50,528 bases of DNA from a virus (taxonomy: Duplodnaviria; Caudoviricetes): IMG/VR virus record IMGVR_UViG_3300025117_000087, positions 1 to 50,528 of that record. One strand, given 5' to 3'. The position numbers were made by a program, and so were the translations under genes. The notes beneath the pieces are model-generated. The model saw nothing but the letters and a program-made list of their open reading frames with translations, made no database searches and was not told where the DNA came from. Below, piece by piece: positions 18,084-27,243 of this stretch (within the stretch, counting starts at the first letter, position 1; every line of letters begins with the position of its first letter).

Positions 18084-18295
18084 AAGACACCTGCAATTTC
18101 TTTTGTTAAATTCGTTTTTCGTTTATACAACAATATCATAACCGCAAAAAAACACATACCCAGTATTGACAGTGCCAATTTGATGGTTTCATATAGCAGA
18201 TACTCCTGAGTAGGATTCTCAGGCAAGTGCTGTATAAACGCAACAATTAGCCATACCTGTATGGCTGCTATAATTAAGAATAAAATTGTTTTCAT
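18080..18295 (-). CDS. Small two-TM membrane protein
   Basis: Likely start MKTILF at 18295; two hydrophobic helices, basic C-tail. Confidence 0.55.
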   Translation of the reverse strand: MKTILFLIIAAIQVWLIVAFIQHLPENPTQEYLLYETIKLALSILGMCFFAVMILLYKRKTNLTKEIAGVL

Positions 18296-18514
18296 AGTTT
18301 TGCTCAAATTATTTTTAATAAAATAAATCCACAAACAAAACACACTGTAAAAATCAATATTTCCATTAAAAATCTTTTGAATTAATTAATCTGATTAATT
18401 TTTCAACCGGAATCCATTCACCAAATTTATTAACAAAGAATTTGTCGCCACCGAGTTTGGCTCGCTCCTTCATTTCATTCTTAATACGTTCAACAAATTC
18501 TTTGTGAGTTTCCA

Positions 18515-18733
18515 TTAAGTTGCCTCAACCCCAGCTTTATTGAAATATCTCACTGAGCGAAGAATTAAATCATCGTTATAATTCTTTGCAAGGAAATCGC
18601 GCATGTTGTCGCACAAATCAATCAGTCCGCGTTCCGGATTCTCCAATATCTCGCTGTGACACATCGGCTCGCCGTTATTGCCGCAGATAACAAAGTGTTT
18701 GCCAGCTTCGGTTGTTTTGATTTTAAGTATCAT
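18515..18733 (-). CDS. DUF1508/YegP-like protein
   Basis: GKHFVICGNNGEPMCHSE resembles the F.l.a.NGE.i..SE motif. Confidence 0.5.
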   Translation of the reverse strand: MILKIKTTEAGKHFVICGNNGEPMCHSEILENPERGLIDLCDNMRDFLAKNYNDDLILRSVRYFNKAGVEAT

Positions 18734-18908
18734 AACTATTCCTTAATTTCAATTATATCTTCTTGTGACAAAATACATTCTTCAACCCGACCGCTGCTTT
18801 CTATGATTAAATGCACATCTATTGAATCATGAATAACATCAACTATCTTCCATGCAGTATTCACCAGAATAATTACATCTTTATTGGTTAGATGTTTAGC
18901 TTTTTTAG

Positions 18909-19076
18909 TCATTGATGTACAGCAATGTATGTTATGAATTCTGTTTTATCTTTACACTTATGTAAACCAATCAAATCATTCCGTACTAACTCACCGCAGT
19001 TGCACCAGGTGTAATGGTAACAGTCTGCGGTGTAAATAAATACATACTTCGTTTTGTCAGGTTGTTTTGACTTCAT
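18909..19076 (-). CDS. Small Cys/His-rich protein (55 aa, not in ORF track)
   Basis: MKSKQPDKTKYVFIYTADCYHYTWCNCGELVRNDLIGLHKCKDK...VHQ*; TGA overlaps the ATG of a following 58-aa ORF (MTKKAKHL...). Confidence 0.4.
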   Translation of the reverse strand: MKSKQPDKTKYVFIYTADCYHYTWCNCGELVRNDLIGLHKCKDKTEFITYIAVHQ

Positions 19077-19668
19077 ACCCCACTATCCCATAAACTGCTA
19101 ATCTGCCGATAGAATCAAAGATGCTCCGGTACTTATAGCCGTTCCCACCTCCATTCCTGGCAGTCTGATTTTTAAATTTCTTAATCGGAACGGAAGTATT
19201 AAATCCAATCGTTTTGACTATCACTCCGTTCCTGGCATCAACAATGGTTTCAAAATGTCCTGAAGATGTTCCTCTTATATTCCAAATTAAATGGTCTAAA
19301 AATTTAGGTATAAATGCTACTTTATGTCCCCGTTTTTTTGCGTCATTATAAGTTGTAATTGCCAGTGCTGTAATCTTTAATGGTACTTCAGACTTTGGCA
19401 AGCCGAGATTTTTTACAGATTTTATCTGCAATGAAACTGGTCCGGAAGTACAATAAGCACACTTCGGACATACGTTTCTGCCGAGTACTGCTTCATTGTA
19501 ACCAACAATATGCACTCCGTCATTGTGTCCGGTTAGTTCTACTTTGCCAACTTCACCGAGCAACAATTTGTAGAATTCATCCAGGACAACCTGACGTGCC
19601 GGTACTACATATTTACCAGCAGCGAAGCAATTTGTTGCGAGAAACAATATGATAAGTATTATTTTCAA
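19057..19668 (-). CDS. Endolysin, CHAP/NlpC-P60-like amidase with signal peptide
   Basis: ELTGHNDG...AYC...SGHFETI...GFNT matches CHAP Cys/His layout; N-terminal MKIILIILFLATNCFA signal peptide; next to holin-like genes. Confidence 0.7.
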   Translation of the reverse strand: MKIILIILFLATNCFAAGKYVVPARQVVLDEFYKLLLGEVGKVELTGHNDGVHIVGYNEAVLGRNVCPKCAYCTSGPVSLQIKSVKNLGLPKSEVPLKITALAITTYNDAKKRGHKVAFIPKFLDHLIWNIRGTSSGHFETIVDARNGVIVKTIGFNTSVPIKKFKNQTARNGGGNGYKYRSIFDSIGRLAVYGIVGYEVKTT

Positions 19669-20060
19669 TTAGATAAACCAGCTATTATATTTTGACTTTG
19701 ATATATTCCAAGAATGACAAGCCCAATGAGCAGGCACACACCTTTGAATATATCGCCCTGCAGTTTTAGTGCTGCTATCCGCTCTTCTTTGTCCATCTCG
19801 CCATCAGTGCCCTTCATTAAATCTTTAGTATGCCTGAAATGTGTCATAAGCATTGACCCCCATTGTGTTGAGATGACAGCAAGTGCCAGCATAAGTGTGA
19901 CAAATTTTATAATTTGCCAGTCAGTTTTATTTGGATAAAGCCATATCAGCATTATCGTGAAAATTATAACTGCAACAAAATTTTTAGTTATAAATCCCCA
20001 AATATTTTTTACTTCATTAGTAATATTCATAATCATCCCTTCATTTATATTTGCCTTCAA
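19665..20060 (-). CDS. Holin-like three-TM protein
   Basis: Three hydrophobic helices; overlaps the endolysin start. Confidence 0.5.
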   Translation of the reverse strand: MKANINEGMIMNITNEVKNIWGFITKNFVAVIIFTIMLIWLYPNKTDWQIIKFVTLMLALAVISTQWGSMLMTHFRHTKDLMKGTDGEMDKEERIAALKLQGDIFKGVCLLIGLVILGIYQSQNIIAGLSN

Positions 20061-20364
20061 TATGAGCTTTCAAATGGTCATTATGAAGTTTGTACAAATC
20101 CTTAATTAAATCATTAATATCTTTTATTTCTTTGCTCATTTCGTATTCAGTGTTAGTTACTTGCTGAACTAATAACGCCTGTTTTAATGTTATCTGCGAT
20201 ATTGTATTTGTATATTCAATTGCCTTTTCAACGGCAGCACTAATCATTTTCGCTTGACTATCTAAATTGCTTTTTTGATATTTTTTATAAGCTATATAAC
20301 CGGCAATAATCGTAATCAATAAGATACAAGTCTGTACCCAGTCGCCTATATTCATCTTAATCAT
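20041..20364 (-). CDS. N-terminal TM coiled-coil protein (holin/antiholin-like)
   Basis: One N-terminal TM then coiled coil; lysis cluster context. Confidence 0.4.
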   Translation of the reverse strand: MIKMNIGDWVQTCILLITIIAGYIAYKKYQKSNLDSQAKMISAAVEKAIEYTNTISQITLKQALLVQQVTNTEYEMSKEIKDINDLIKDLYKLHNDHLKAHIEGKYK

Positions 20365-20648
20365 TTTTCCATTAATTCTATTATTTGATAGTTGGTAACC
20401 AGTACAGCCACAATACTCGCAATCCCGATAACAATTCCACTTACGATTCCAATAACTTTTAAAGTCGTCATCCTGTCTTCTTTTTTACCTTCATATCTTA
20501 ACTTGCAAGTTGTCTGAATACCTTCCATTGATTTAATAATATTATCCATTTTAAGAAACAATTTGTCAAATAATTTATCATGGTCATCTAATTTCCTCCT
20601 AACCAACATCTCGCTTTGCTCCCATGTCTTACCGTACTCATCTCCCAC
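20361..20648 (-). CDS. Coiled-coil plus C-terminal TM protein (XhlA-like architecture)
   Basis: KLDDHDK coiled coil, then VIGIVSGIVIGIASIVAVL. Confidence 0.45.
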   Translation of the reverse strand: MGDEYGKTWEQSEMLVRRKLDDHDKLFDKLFLKMDNIIKSMEGIQTTCKLRYEGKKEDRMTTLKVIGIVSGIVIGIASIVAVLVTNYQIIELMEK

Positions 20649-20688
20649 AATCCATTCCTCTTGTTAATGTTTTTTCACATCTAAAATT

Positions 20689-21108
20689 TTAACCTGTCCA
20701 TGATTCCGGATAAACCTTTTTCTTGCTCACTCTAAGCACTGCCATGAAATAACCTTTCTCTGACTTGACCGGCACTGCTCCATCTGTAATTAAATTATAC
20801 TGATTACGATATACCAGGTCAATAACCTTGTCGAGCATTTCTAAAATTCCATCGTGCGAGCTGCGGTCCCGGGAAAACAAAATCAGATGAAAGAAAATTT
20901 CAGGATAATATACTCTACCCTGCGGCTTTCCATATTCCCTGCCTGCATAGCTTACGAATATCGCTCCCTTCGCATTCTTGCCAGCTTTTAATGCAACATC
21001 TTCTTCTTTCTCATTCCCGGCAAACAACTCAGCAGAGATAAGCACATCGTTCAAATGAGCCTGGAGAATATCAACTAATTCCTGTTCGTATTGCAAAGCC
21101 AACGACAT
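20689..21108 (-). CDS. Mu gp37-like tail terminator/completion protein
   Basis: GAIFVSYAGREY...R....GILEMLDKV pattern; follows the gp36-like gene. Confidence 0.6.
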   Translation of the reverse strand: MSLALQYEQELVDILQAHLNDVLISAELFAGNEKEEDVALKAGKNAKGAIFVSYAGREYGKPQGRVYYPEIFFHLILFSRDRSSHDGILEMLDKVIDLVYRNQYNLITDGAVPVKSEKGYFMAVLRVSKKKVYPESWTG

Positions 21109-21551
21109 CAGTACTGCTCCATAACAGTCGGACTAAAAACCTGTTCAACCGTTGATGTTAGTACTTTCGGAGTGAAATTGCTCTTAATCGAAACACCGGA
21201 AAGCAGGCTCACTCCCTTTTTCAAGGCAAATTCTACAGCCCGCTCGAGAAATTTTATTGCTTCTTCATACCTGCTTATTATATCTTTTGGAATCTTATCG
21301 TCATACCTGTTCCGGTATAATTTATAGAGAGCAATGTCAACCGAGCAAAGCTTGATTATGGTTGGAACGGTAGTCAACGGCACATCGAATGCCTGGAGCA
21401 GGTAAGTATCTATCAGGCTGTCAGCATCGGCAATCAGGACATCCAGCAAAGTAGTATTGATGGTACCCGTGCTTTTGTTATCGGATACATCTTTGATGAT
21501 TTCGTTATCATACCTGGCTGTTATATCGCTCGCTGTGCTGTATGCCATCAA
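21108..21551 (-). CDS. Mu gp36-like head-tail adaptor (DUF1320)
   Basis: MAYST..D...ADSLIDTYL...VPL..VP......DIALYKL......RYEEAIKFL. Confidence 0.85.
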   Translation of the reverse strand: MMAYSTASDITARYDNEIIKDVSDNKSTGTINTTLLDVLIADADSLIDTYLLQAFDVPLTTVPTIIKLCSVDIALYKLYRNRYDDKIPKDIISRYEEAIKFLERAVEFALKKGVSLLSGVSIKSNFTPKVLTSTVEQVFSPTVMEQY

Positions 21552-22257
21552 AATACCCTAACTGTTTAATTGCCTCAATAGTTTTATTTAATTTTTGTTT
21601 CAGATAAGGATTGTCCTTGTAATCATGCTGCAAATCGTAAGACAGATAATCCAAATTCCTCAACATCTTTTTCAGCATATCGTCGTCGGATACATTATAG
21701 CCGGTGTGCTTTATAATTATATCCGAGAACAATCCACTATAACCGGCAGCCTGAATCGAAGGAAGAATATTCTCATGAACACGGTAGATATATTTGAAAT
21801 TCTTTTTATTCCGGTAGAGCCGGCTTTGAGAATTTACCCAGAGCCAACCCATTTCAGGCTTATCGTCGTTACCTCGATGAGAAACAACCGTACAATTAAC
21901 ATATCCGTATTCATTGCCAAGCTCAAAGACAGATTGAAAGTCAGAATCAATCCACTGAATCACATCGTCGGCATCGAGGTATAAAATCCATTCTCTCGAT
22001 GCCAACAACTTGCAGGCATTTTTTGCATCGGAAAACGAAAATGTGTCGAACGGTTTCGTCTTGTATTTCCAAAGAGCATTTACCGAATTTTTATTTCGAT
22101 AATTAACAACCGGCAAATTCATCCCGAATTCGCCCGAAGGCTGTGTCATCAACTTTATCCGCTCGATATTACCAGGCAGCGGCTCGTCACAATACTTCAG
22201 CTTATCCGAATCATCTTCGGAATAGATTGTGCAAACCGACAAAGGCAATTGCTGCAT
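21508..22257 (-). CDS. Glycosyltransferase family 2-like protein
   Basis: LSVCTI start, FSFSDAKNAC, WILYLDADD (DxD), RLYRN...Y..RVHE, IKHTGY: GT-A fold motifs of the SunS/TPR-GT2 type. Confidence 0.8.
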   Translation of the reverse strand: MQQLPLSVCTIYSEDDSDKLKYCDEPLPGNIERIKLMTQPSGEFGMNLPVVNYRNKNSVNALWKYKTKPFDTFSFSDAKNACKLLASREWILYLDADDVIQWIDSDFQSVFELGNEYGYVNCTVVSHRGNDDKPEMGWLWVNSQSRLYRNKKNFKYIYRVHENILPSIQAAGYSGLFSDIIIKHTGYNVSDDDMLKKMLRNLDYLSYDLQHDYKDNPYLKQKLNKTIEAIKQLGYFDGIQHSERYNSQV

Positions 22258-22601
22258 TAGATTATCTTGACAAGCACCACACCGTTAAGTGCACCTGTCT
22301 CAAGCGCAACTGCCACACGCCTGCCCGTACCAATAACAGGTACAGCCTTGCCGCCGGTACCGCATTGCAGCTGGTCATTTTCAGTCAATGCAGCTCCAGC
22401 GATTACGTGCGCCGTTCCATTTATTTGAACGGTCATATCGTTCCCAGTAGTTGTAATGTCGAGCATATTTATGCCGGCAACATCATCACCGGAAGTACCG
22501 GCTGCACCTGTAGCATCAACAAATAGCTGCTTGTCGACAGGAGCTGGAGCATCGGTTATAGTAATGGTTTTGCCTCCATGTTCAGGCTTTATAACACCCA
22601 T
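22257..22601 (-). CDS. Capsid cement/decoration protein (DUF2190-like)
   Basis: 114 aa Gly/Ala-rich, V.AGAAL..D....G.GKAV...VAVALE; downstream of the capsid gene. Confidence 0.75.
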   Translation of the reverse strand: MGVIKPEHGGKTITITDAPAPVDKQLFVDATGAAGTSGDDVAGINMLDITTTGNDMTVQINGTAHVIAGAALTENDQLQCGTGGKAVPVIGTGRRVAVALETGALNGVVLVKII

Positions 22602-22653
22602 GACTTATTCCTTTTTTATGAATTAATAAATAATTTTATTTCAAAATCAATTC

Positions 22654-22836
22654 TTATTTACCTGGCTTAACAACCGGCACAGGTTTTGACACGAATGCCG
22701 GCTTTGGCTTTTCAACTTTCGGTATTGGCTTTACATATTCCCGAATTGAGTTATATTCATGTTCAGTCAATTCGATTATATCGCCAATATTATGTTGAAA
22801 TACAGGCCCAACAATCCTATATTTTGACTTTTCCAT
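22654..22836 (-). CDS. Small capsid-associated hypothetical protein
   Basis: YRI...GDIIELTE pattern common after capsid genes; Pro/Lys-rich tail. Confidence 0.5.
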   Translation of the reverse strand: MEKSKYRIVGPVFQHNIGDIIELTEHEYNSIREYVKPIPKVEKPKPAFVSKPVPVVKPGK

Positions 22837-22837
22837 G

Positions 22838-23773
22838 TTATGCCTGTGTATTTGAGATTAAATAACCGGCTGTTTCCAAAGTCAATTTGGAAAGGAATTG
22901 CTGAGTGCATCTGACCGCAGTCAATTTCGGGTCATTGTCCGGATTACGTTCGTCAACAACAGGGAAATTTTCACGCGAGAATGTATAGCCGAAAGACGGG
23001 CGCCCTCTTTTTTGTGTCTCGCCCGCTCCCAGAACTGGAACCCACGCCATTATAAAATTATCATTCCACAATTTTGTAACGGTTCCTGCCAGGTCATACC
23101 AACCGGCGCCAATCACCACTTTCTGAAATCCAAACTGCTTTGCAAATAATTCTTCAGTGATAACACCCCAATTATTTGTTCCGAATATTAGATTTTTAAG
23201 TTTTGGATGAGCTTTTACAAGCGACCATGTATCTATTCCCATGGCTGCAACTGTTGGAAATTGACCGACAGCCGCAAATATAGCATCCTTACCTGTGGTA
23301 ATGTTGGCTTCAGGGTCTGAATTTGTAGTATCAGACCAGCAGCCAGTGGTTGTGAGTGCAACTTTATTTGTAAAGTTGCCGGCGGTCTGAACCAAATCGG
23401 CAATTTTCTTTTCCTTGCTCAACTCGATGATACCCATAACAGTCTCAACTGCATCTTCTTTCAAATCAAAATCCAAAGCAGCGTCAATTTCATTGTAATC
23501 GAGTATCTCGGAAATCGAATGTTCGTCGAGCTCGGCTTCTACATACGAAAAGTCACCTGGCATTACTTTGTTGTCCTCTGCTCTTAATGCCCTTTCGGTT
23601 TCATACCACTTAAACTTATCCTTATGCCAAACACGGTATTTGAACTTTTTGGATTTCGTTGAAACGATAGGCAATAATTCTGTCCCGATGAACGCTGAAT
23701 TTAAATAAGCAAGTGCTGCCTCGCTTAATATAGGGTTGTACCCCTGCAGGTTTTCAATTCTATCAACAGCCAT
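22838..23773 (-). CDS. Major capsid protein
   Basis: 311 aa, PILS..A..Y.N..FIG..LLP, WSD..NSDP, PSFGYTF, AGYLISN; directly after the protease. Confidence 0.85.
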   Translation of the reverse strand: MAVDRIENLQGYNPILSEAALAYLNSAFIGTELLPIVSTKSKKFKYRVWHKDKFKWYETERALRAEDNKVMPGDFSYVEAELDEHSISEILDYNEIDAALDFDLKEDAVETVMGIIELSKEKKIADLVQTAGNFTNKVALTTTGCWSDTTNSDPEANITTGKDAIFAAVGQFPTVAAMGIDTWSLVKAHPKLKNLIFGTNNWGVITEELFAKQFGFQKVVIGAGWYDLAGTVTKLWNDNFIMAWVPVLGAGETQKRGRPSFGYTFSRENFPVVDERNPDNDPKLTAVRCTQQFLSKLTLETAGYLISNTQA

Positions 23774-25041
23774 TATGCACCTCCATTCAGCTTGGTTTTT
23801 TCAATGTCAAGCTGCTGCTTGAACGTATGATTGTTCTTTGCAGCCTCTTGTTTTACAAAAGCATGGAACTCGAGTTTACGAGGACCTGTCCCTTCGGCAT
23901 CCGCCATCGTAAAGCCGGTGGCTGATGGCACAATTGCTTTATCTTTCACGGCTATTTCCTCGCCGAATTTTACAACCGGCTCGCGTGCATTGAGAATGGA
24001 CTGGTAATTCCTGTATGCCGAGTCGTTGTTTTCACGCAACTCGACAAGCAAGCTGACAATAGCGTCATTCTCATTTTCTTTTGGCATTAGCTTGCCTTCC
24101 GATTTGAGCTTCTCGCAGAAAGACTTTTCCTCGTTCACATAATTTGTGTGATTGAGTTTTTGATTATCGTCTTTTAGCTTTGCAAGCTCCGCTTCCTGAG
24201 CTTTGAATTTTGCATCAAGCTCAGAAAATTTTGAAGTCGAATCCTTCTGCTGTACTTCGAGGGCTTTGAACTTTTCGGTAAGTTCAACTTCTCTTTTCTG
24301 CACGGCTTCGAGGTCCTTCTTCAGTGTCGCATTCTCGACTTCGAGAGTCATGTCAACCTCTTGATTATTTAGAGAATCATTAATTTTACTTTCTTCATTT
24401 TGATTTTGAATTATATTTTTAGCTTTTTCATCGTGATTGAAATTTGTATAGAGCATGGACTCGTCAGGTAAAGCATTAAAGCAAAGTATGGCGTCCTGCT
24501 CTGACATTAATCCTTGTTTAGTTGCTTCAGTAAGTTTCTTTTTGAGGCGGGCACTCTTGTTCGCTCCGATATTGGTAATGGAAATTTCTTTAAGAATCCA
24601 TTGTTGAATTATTGTATAAGTATTATCCCAAGAATAAGTTTTGTTGACAAGATTGGTAGGAAGCGGATTGCCTTCAAGTTTTAATTGTGGGAATATTCCA
24701 ATGGAACATGATATTATAATGCCAACATCAACTAATTTTTTAACGATTATACTTCGCTCATCTTCCTCATGAAACCAGATGTCAGCAAAGATTTTCCCGC
24801 CTTCGACAAATAAATTTTCACATCTTCCAATCGGATATGACCAGTACGTATCGTGCGCCCAGTAAACAAGAGGATTGGAAAGGTACTCGGTAAAATCACC
24901 GCCGGCAGTCAGGAGTTGCCAGGCATTTACATTAATACTTTCGTCGGATATTTGAAAGCGATAAAGTTCACGCGGCTCTTCGACAGAATCATCTGCGAAT
25001 TTTTTTACAAAAGTGCCTATGTTTTTGCTGTAATCAGGCAT
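23773..25041 (-). CDS. Prohead protease fused to a scaffold-like coiled coil
   Basis: NPLVYWAHD...PIGR...SCSIG...LKEISITNIGAN (HK97-type protease) plus a long C-terminal coiled coil. Confidence 0.85.
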   Translation of the reverse strand: MPDYSKNIGTFVKKFADDSVEEPRELYRFQISDESINVNAWQLLTAGGDFTEYLSNPLVYWAHDTYWSYPIGRCENLFVEGGKIFADIWFHEEDERSIIVKKLVDVGIIISCSIGIFPQLKLEGNPLPTNLVNKTYSWDNTYTIIQQWILKEISITNIGANKSARLKKKLTEATKQGLMSEQDAILCFNALPDESMLYTNFNHDEKAKNIIQNQNEESKINDSLNNQEVDMTLEVENATLKKDLEAVQKREVELTEKFKALEVQQKDSTSKFSELDAKFKAQEAELAKLKDDNQKLNHTNYVNEEKSFCEKLKSEGKLMPKENENDAIVSLLVELRENNDSAYRNYQSILNAREPVVKFGEEIAVKDKAIVPSATGFTMADAEGTGPRKLEFHAFVKQEAAKNNHTFKQQLDIEKTKLNGGA

Positions 25042-25102
25042 TCGATATCCTTAATTAAAATTATTACAACAAAATTAGATGATTAGATAGTTCACTTTTT
25101 AA

Positions 25103-25174
25103 GTCATATGATAAGTGATATGACATGTAATATGACTTGTCATATGACAAGTGATATGACTTGTTAAATGACCC
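25103..25174. repeat. Six tandem 12-bp imperfect palindromic repeats (GTNATATGACWW)
   Basis: gtcatatgataa gtgatatgacat gtaatatgactt gtcatatgacaa gtgatatgactt gttaaatgaccc. Confidence 0.85.
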
Positions 25175-25200
25175 TGAATATTTGTGATATTTGCGTTGTT

Positions 25201-25299
25201 TTTAAACAAGATTTAAACAAGATTTAAACAAGATTTAAACAAGATTTAAAAGAAATTTAAAAGAAATTTAAAAGAAATTTAAAAGAAATTTAAAAGAAA
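25201..25299 (+). repeat. Nine tandem 11-bp repeats (4x TTTAAACAAGA + 5x TTTAAAAGAAA)
   Basis: Read directly; the last A of the array is the A of the downstream ATG. Confidence 0.95.
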
Positions 25300-26702
25300 T
25301 GACAACGTTAGAATCGCTTAGAAAAAAAATAAAAGCCATTCCAATAAGAATGTTAGACACAATTGGAGTGCCTGATTTTGAAAAGAATATTTTTAATAAT
25401 TATAAAATATTTCCAATTGAATTGTTAGTCAAAGCCGATTGGAATTATAATACGGATGATGAATTCCAAAGTGAAAGACTTAGAAATAATTTAAAGAAAA
25501 GGGGACAGATAGAAAATATACATGTAAGAGAACTTGAAACCGGCTACTACGAAGTTATCAACGGTAATCACCGGCTCGATGAACTCACACTTCTTGCAAA
25601 AAGTTTTGTCCTGGCTTATGACCATGGAAAAATATCCTTATCCGAAGCACAAAGAATTACTATCGAAACGAACGAAACTGATTTTAAGCCAGACGATAAT
25701 AAGCTTTCTGCGATTCTAAATTCATTAGTCCTGGAATATGGAGAGGAAGATTTAAAAATAACAATTCCATTCACTGACGATGAATTCAGCGAACTTCTTA
25801 ATTTGACAATTGAGCCTCTCGACGTCGAATTAAATGAAGTTGATGAAGATGATTTCCAGGAAGAACCTCCGGAAGTTCCCAAAACCATAGCCGGAGATTT
25901 GTACGAACTTAACGGACACAGGCTGCTTTGTGGTGATTCCACAAAAGAAAACGACATTATAAAACTAATGGAGGGGAAAACTGCATCCCTGCTTTTTACC
26001 GACCCGCCGTATAATATTAATTATGCAGAATTTAATTTAAAGCGTTCAGATACCGGTAAAAACTGGACTGATTGCTCAGGCTGGCACGATAAGATGAGTG
26101 ATGCGGATTATCAGCTTTTCCTTTTTGATTTTTTAAAATTAGCGAAACAATCGTTAGGTGAATGGTCGCATTATTATATTTGGCATGCCTCTATTTATTA
26201 CAGAGAATTACTCAATGCTCTCGAGCTCAATGACATTCCTTATGACAAAGTACCAATACAATGGGTTAAACAAGTTGCTACATTAAGCTGGGTACATTAT
26301 AAACGAAAATCGGAACCTTGTATATTTGCCGGCAAGGGGGCTGTTAATGGAATGGGGGACGGTGCCAGATGGTTTGGTCCAAACAATGAAATTAATATCT
26401 GGGAAATAAACCGGGACCACAACGTTAATTATATTCATCCTACTCAAAAACCTGTGGCTCTGGCTGCTCGTGCGATTAACAACAGTTCGCAAAAGGATGA
26501 AATTGTATTGGATATGTTTCTTGGTTCAGGCTCAACTCTTATCGCCGCAGATGAACTTGACAGAATTTGTTTCGGAATGGAACTTGAACCTAAGTTTTGC
26601 GACGTTATTGTAAAAAGATACATCAAATATTGTGAAGATAAAAACAAAGAATGTGTCGTAATGCTTAACGGAAAAAATATCAATAAATCATATTTCGATT
26701 AA
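25299..26702 (+). CDS. ParB-N domain fused to an N6/N4 DNA methyltransferase
   Basis: EVINGNHRL (ParB/Srx); HRLLCGDST, FTDPPYN, HPTQKP, DMFLGSGSTL (beta-class amino-MTase). Confidence 0.9.
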   Translation: MTTLESLRKKIKAIPIRMLDTIGVPDFEKNIFNNYKIFPIELLVKADWNYNTDDEFQSERLRNNLKKRGQIENIHVRELETGYYEVINGNHRLDELTLLAKSFVLAYDHGKISLSEAQRITIETNETDFKPDDNKLSAILNSLVLEYGEEDLKITIPFTDDEFSELLNLTIEPLDVELNEVDEDDFQEEPPEVPKTIAGDLYELNGHRLLCGDSTKENDIIKLMEGKTASLLFTDPPYNINYAEFNLKRSDTGKNWTDCSGWHDKMSDADYQLFLFDFLKLAKQSLGEWSHYYIWHASIYYRELLNALELNDIPYDKVPIQWVKQVATLSWVHYKRKSEPCIFAGKGAVNGMGDGARWFGPNNEINIWEINRDHNVNYIHPTQKPVALAARAINNSSQKDEIVLDMFLGSGSTLIAADELDRICFGMELEPKFCDVIVKRYIKYCEDKNKECVVMLNGKNINKSYFD

Positions 26703-26703
26703 T

Positions 26704-27243
26704 ATGTCAAAAAAAGCATCGGAATGTAAAATTAAACTTATTAAACCGGAATGGGAAATCCAGCCCGGAGAATCCTGGCCGGCATGGGGTTCTTTTAAAG
26801 AATATAGAGACCTTGGCAGTGAGCGTACAATGGCAAAAGCTGCACAATTAATAAACAAGAAGCTGCCGACAATAGTTTCTTTCTCGGTCAGATATCGTTG
26901 GACTGACCGCATACGTGCATGGGAACGATACTTAGATGAAAAAAGAATAATAGCTACAGTAAAAGCCGTCGAGGAAATGAATCAAAAAGCTGCAAAAAGA
27001 GCAAGTGCAGCAGGAGACGCTTTGATGACGGTTATTATTGAATATATAAAAAAATATAAAGAAGGTAAAATTGATTTTGAAAGGTTAGCTAAAAAGCCAG
27101 GTATATTTTTAGAAAAACTTTTTAGGGCAGCCGAGAAACTGGCGACTGTTACTGACATTGAGAGAAAAGCCAGGGGAGAACCGACTGAAATAACAAAACA
27201 AACAAGCAGCATCGAAGTAAAATTACCCGAAGAAATGGAATGA
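26704..27243 (+). CDS. Terminase small subunit (putative)
   Basis: GES..A...F..YRDLG.ER...W..R..AW HTH-type motif; overlaps the TerL start. Confidence 0.7.
   Translation: MSKKASECKIKLIKPEWEIQPGESWPAWGSFKEYRDLGSERTMAKAAQLINKKLPTIVSFSVRYRWTDRIRAWERYLDEKRIIATVKAVEEMNQKAAKRASAAGDALMTVIIEYIKKYKEGKIDFERLAKKPGIFLEKLFRAAEKLATVTDIERKARGEPTEITKQTSSIEVKLPEEME

Noticed and set aside
25103-25299. Repeat arrays as a CRISPR array
   Set aside because: Units are 11-12 bp and contiguous, with no unique spacers and no cas operon.
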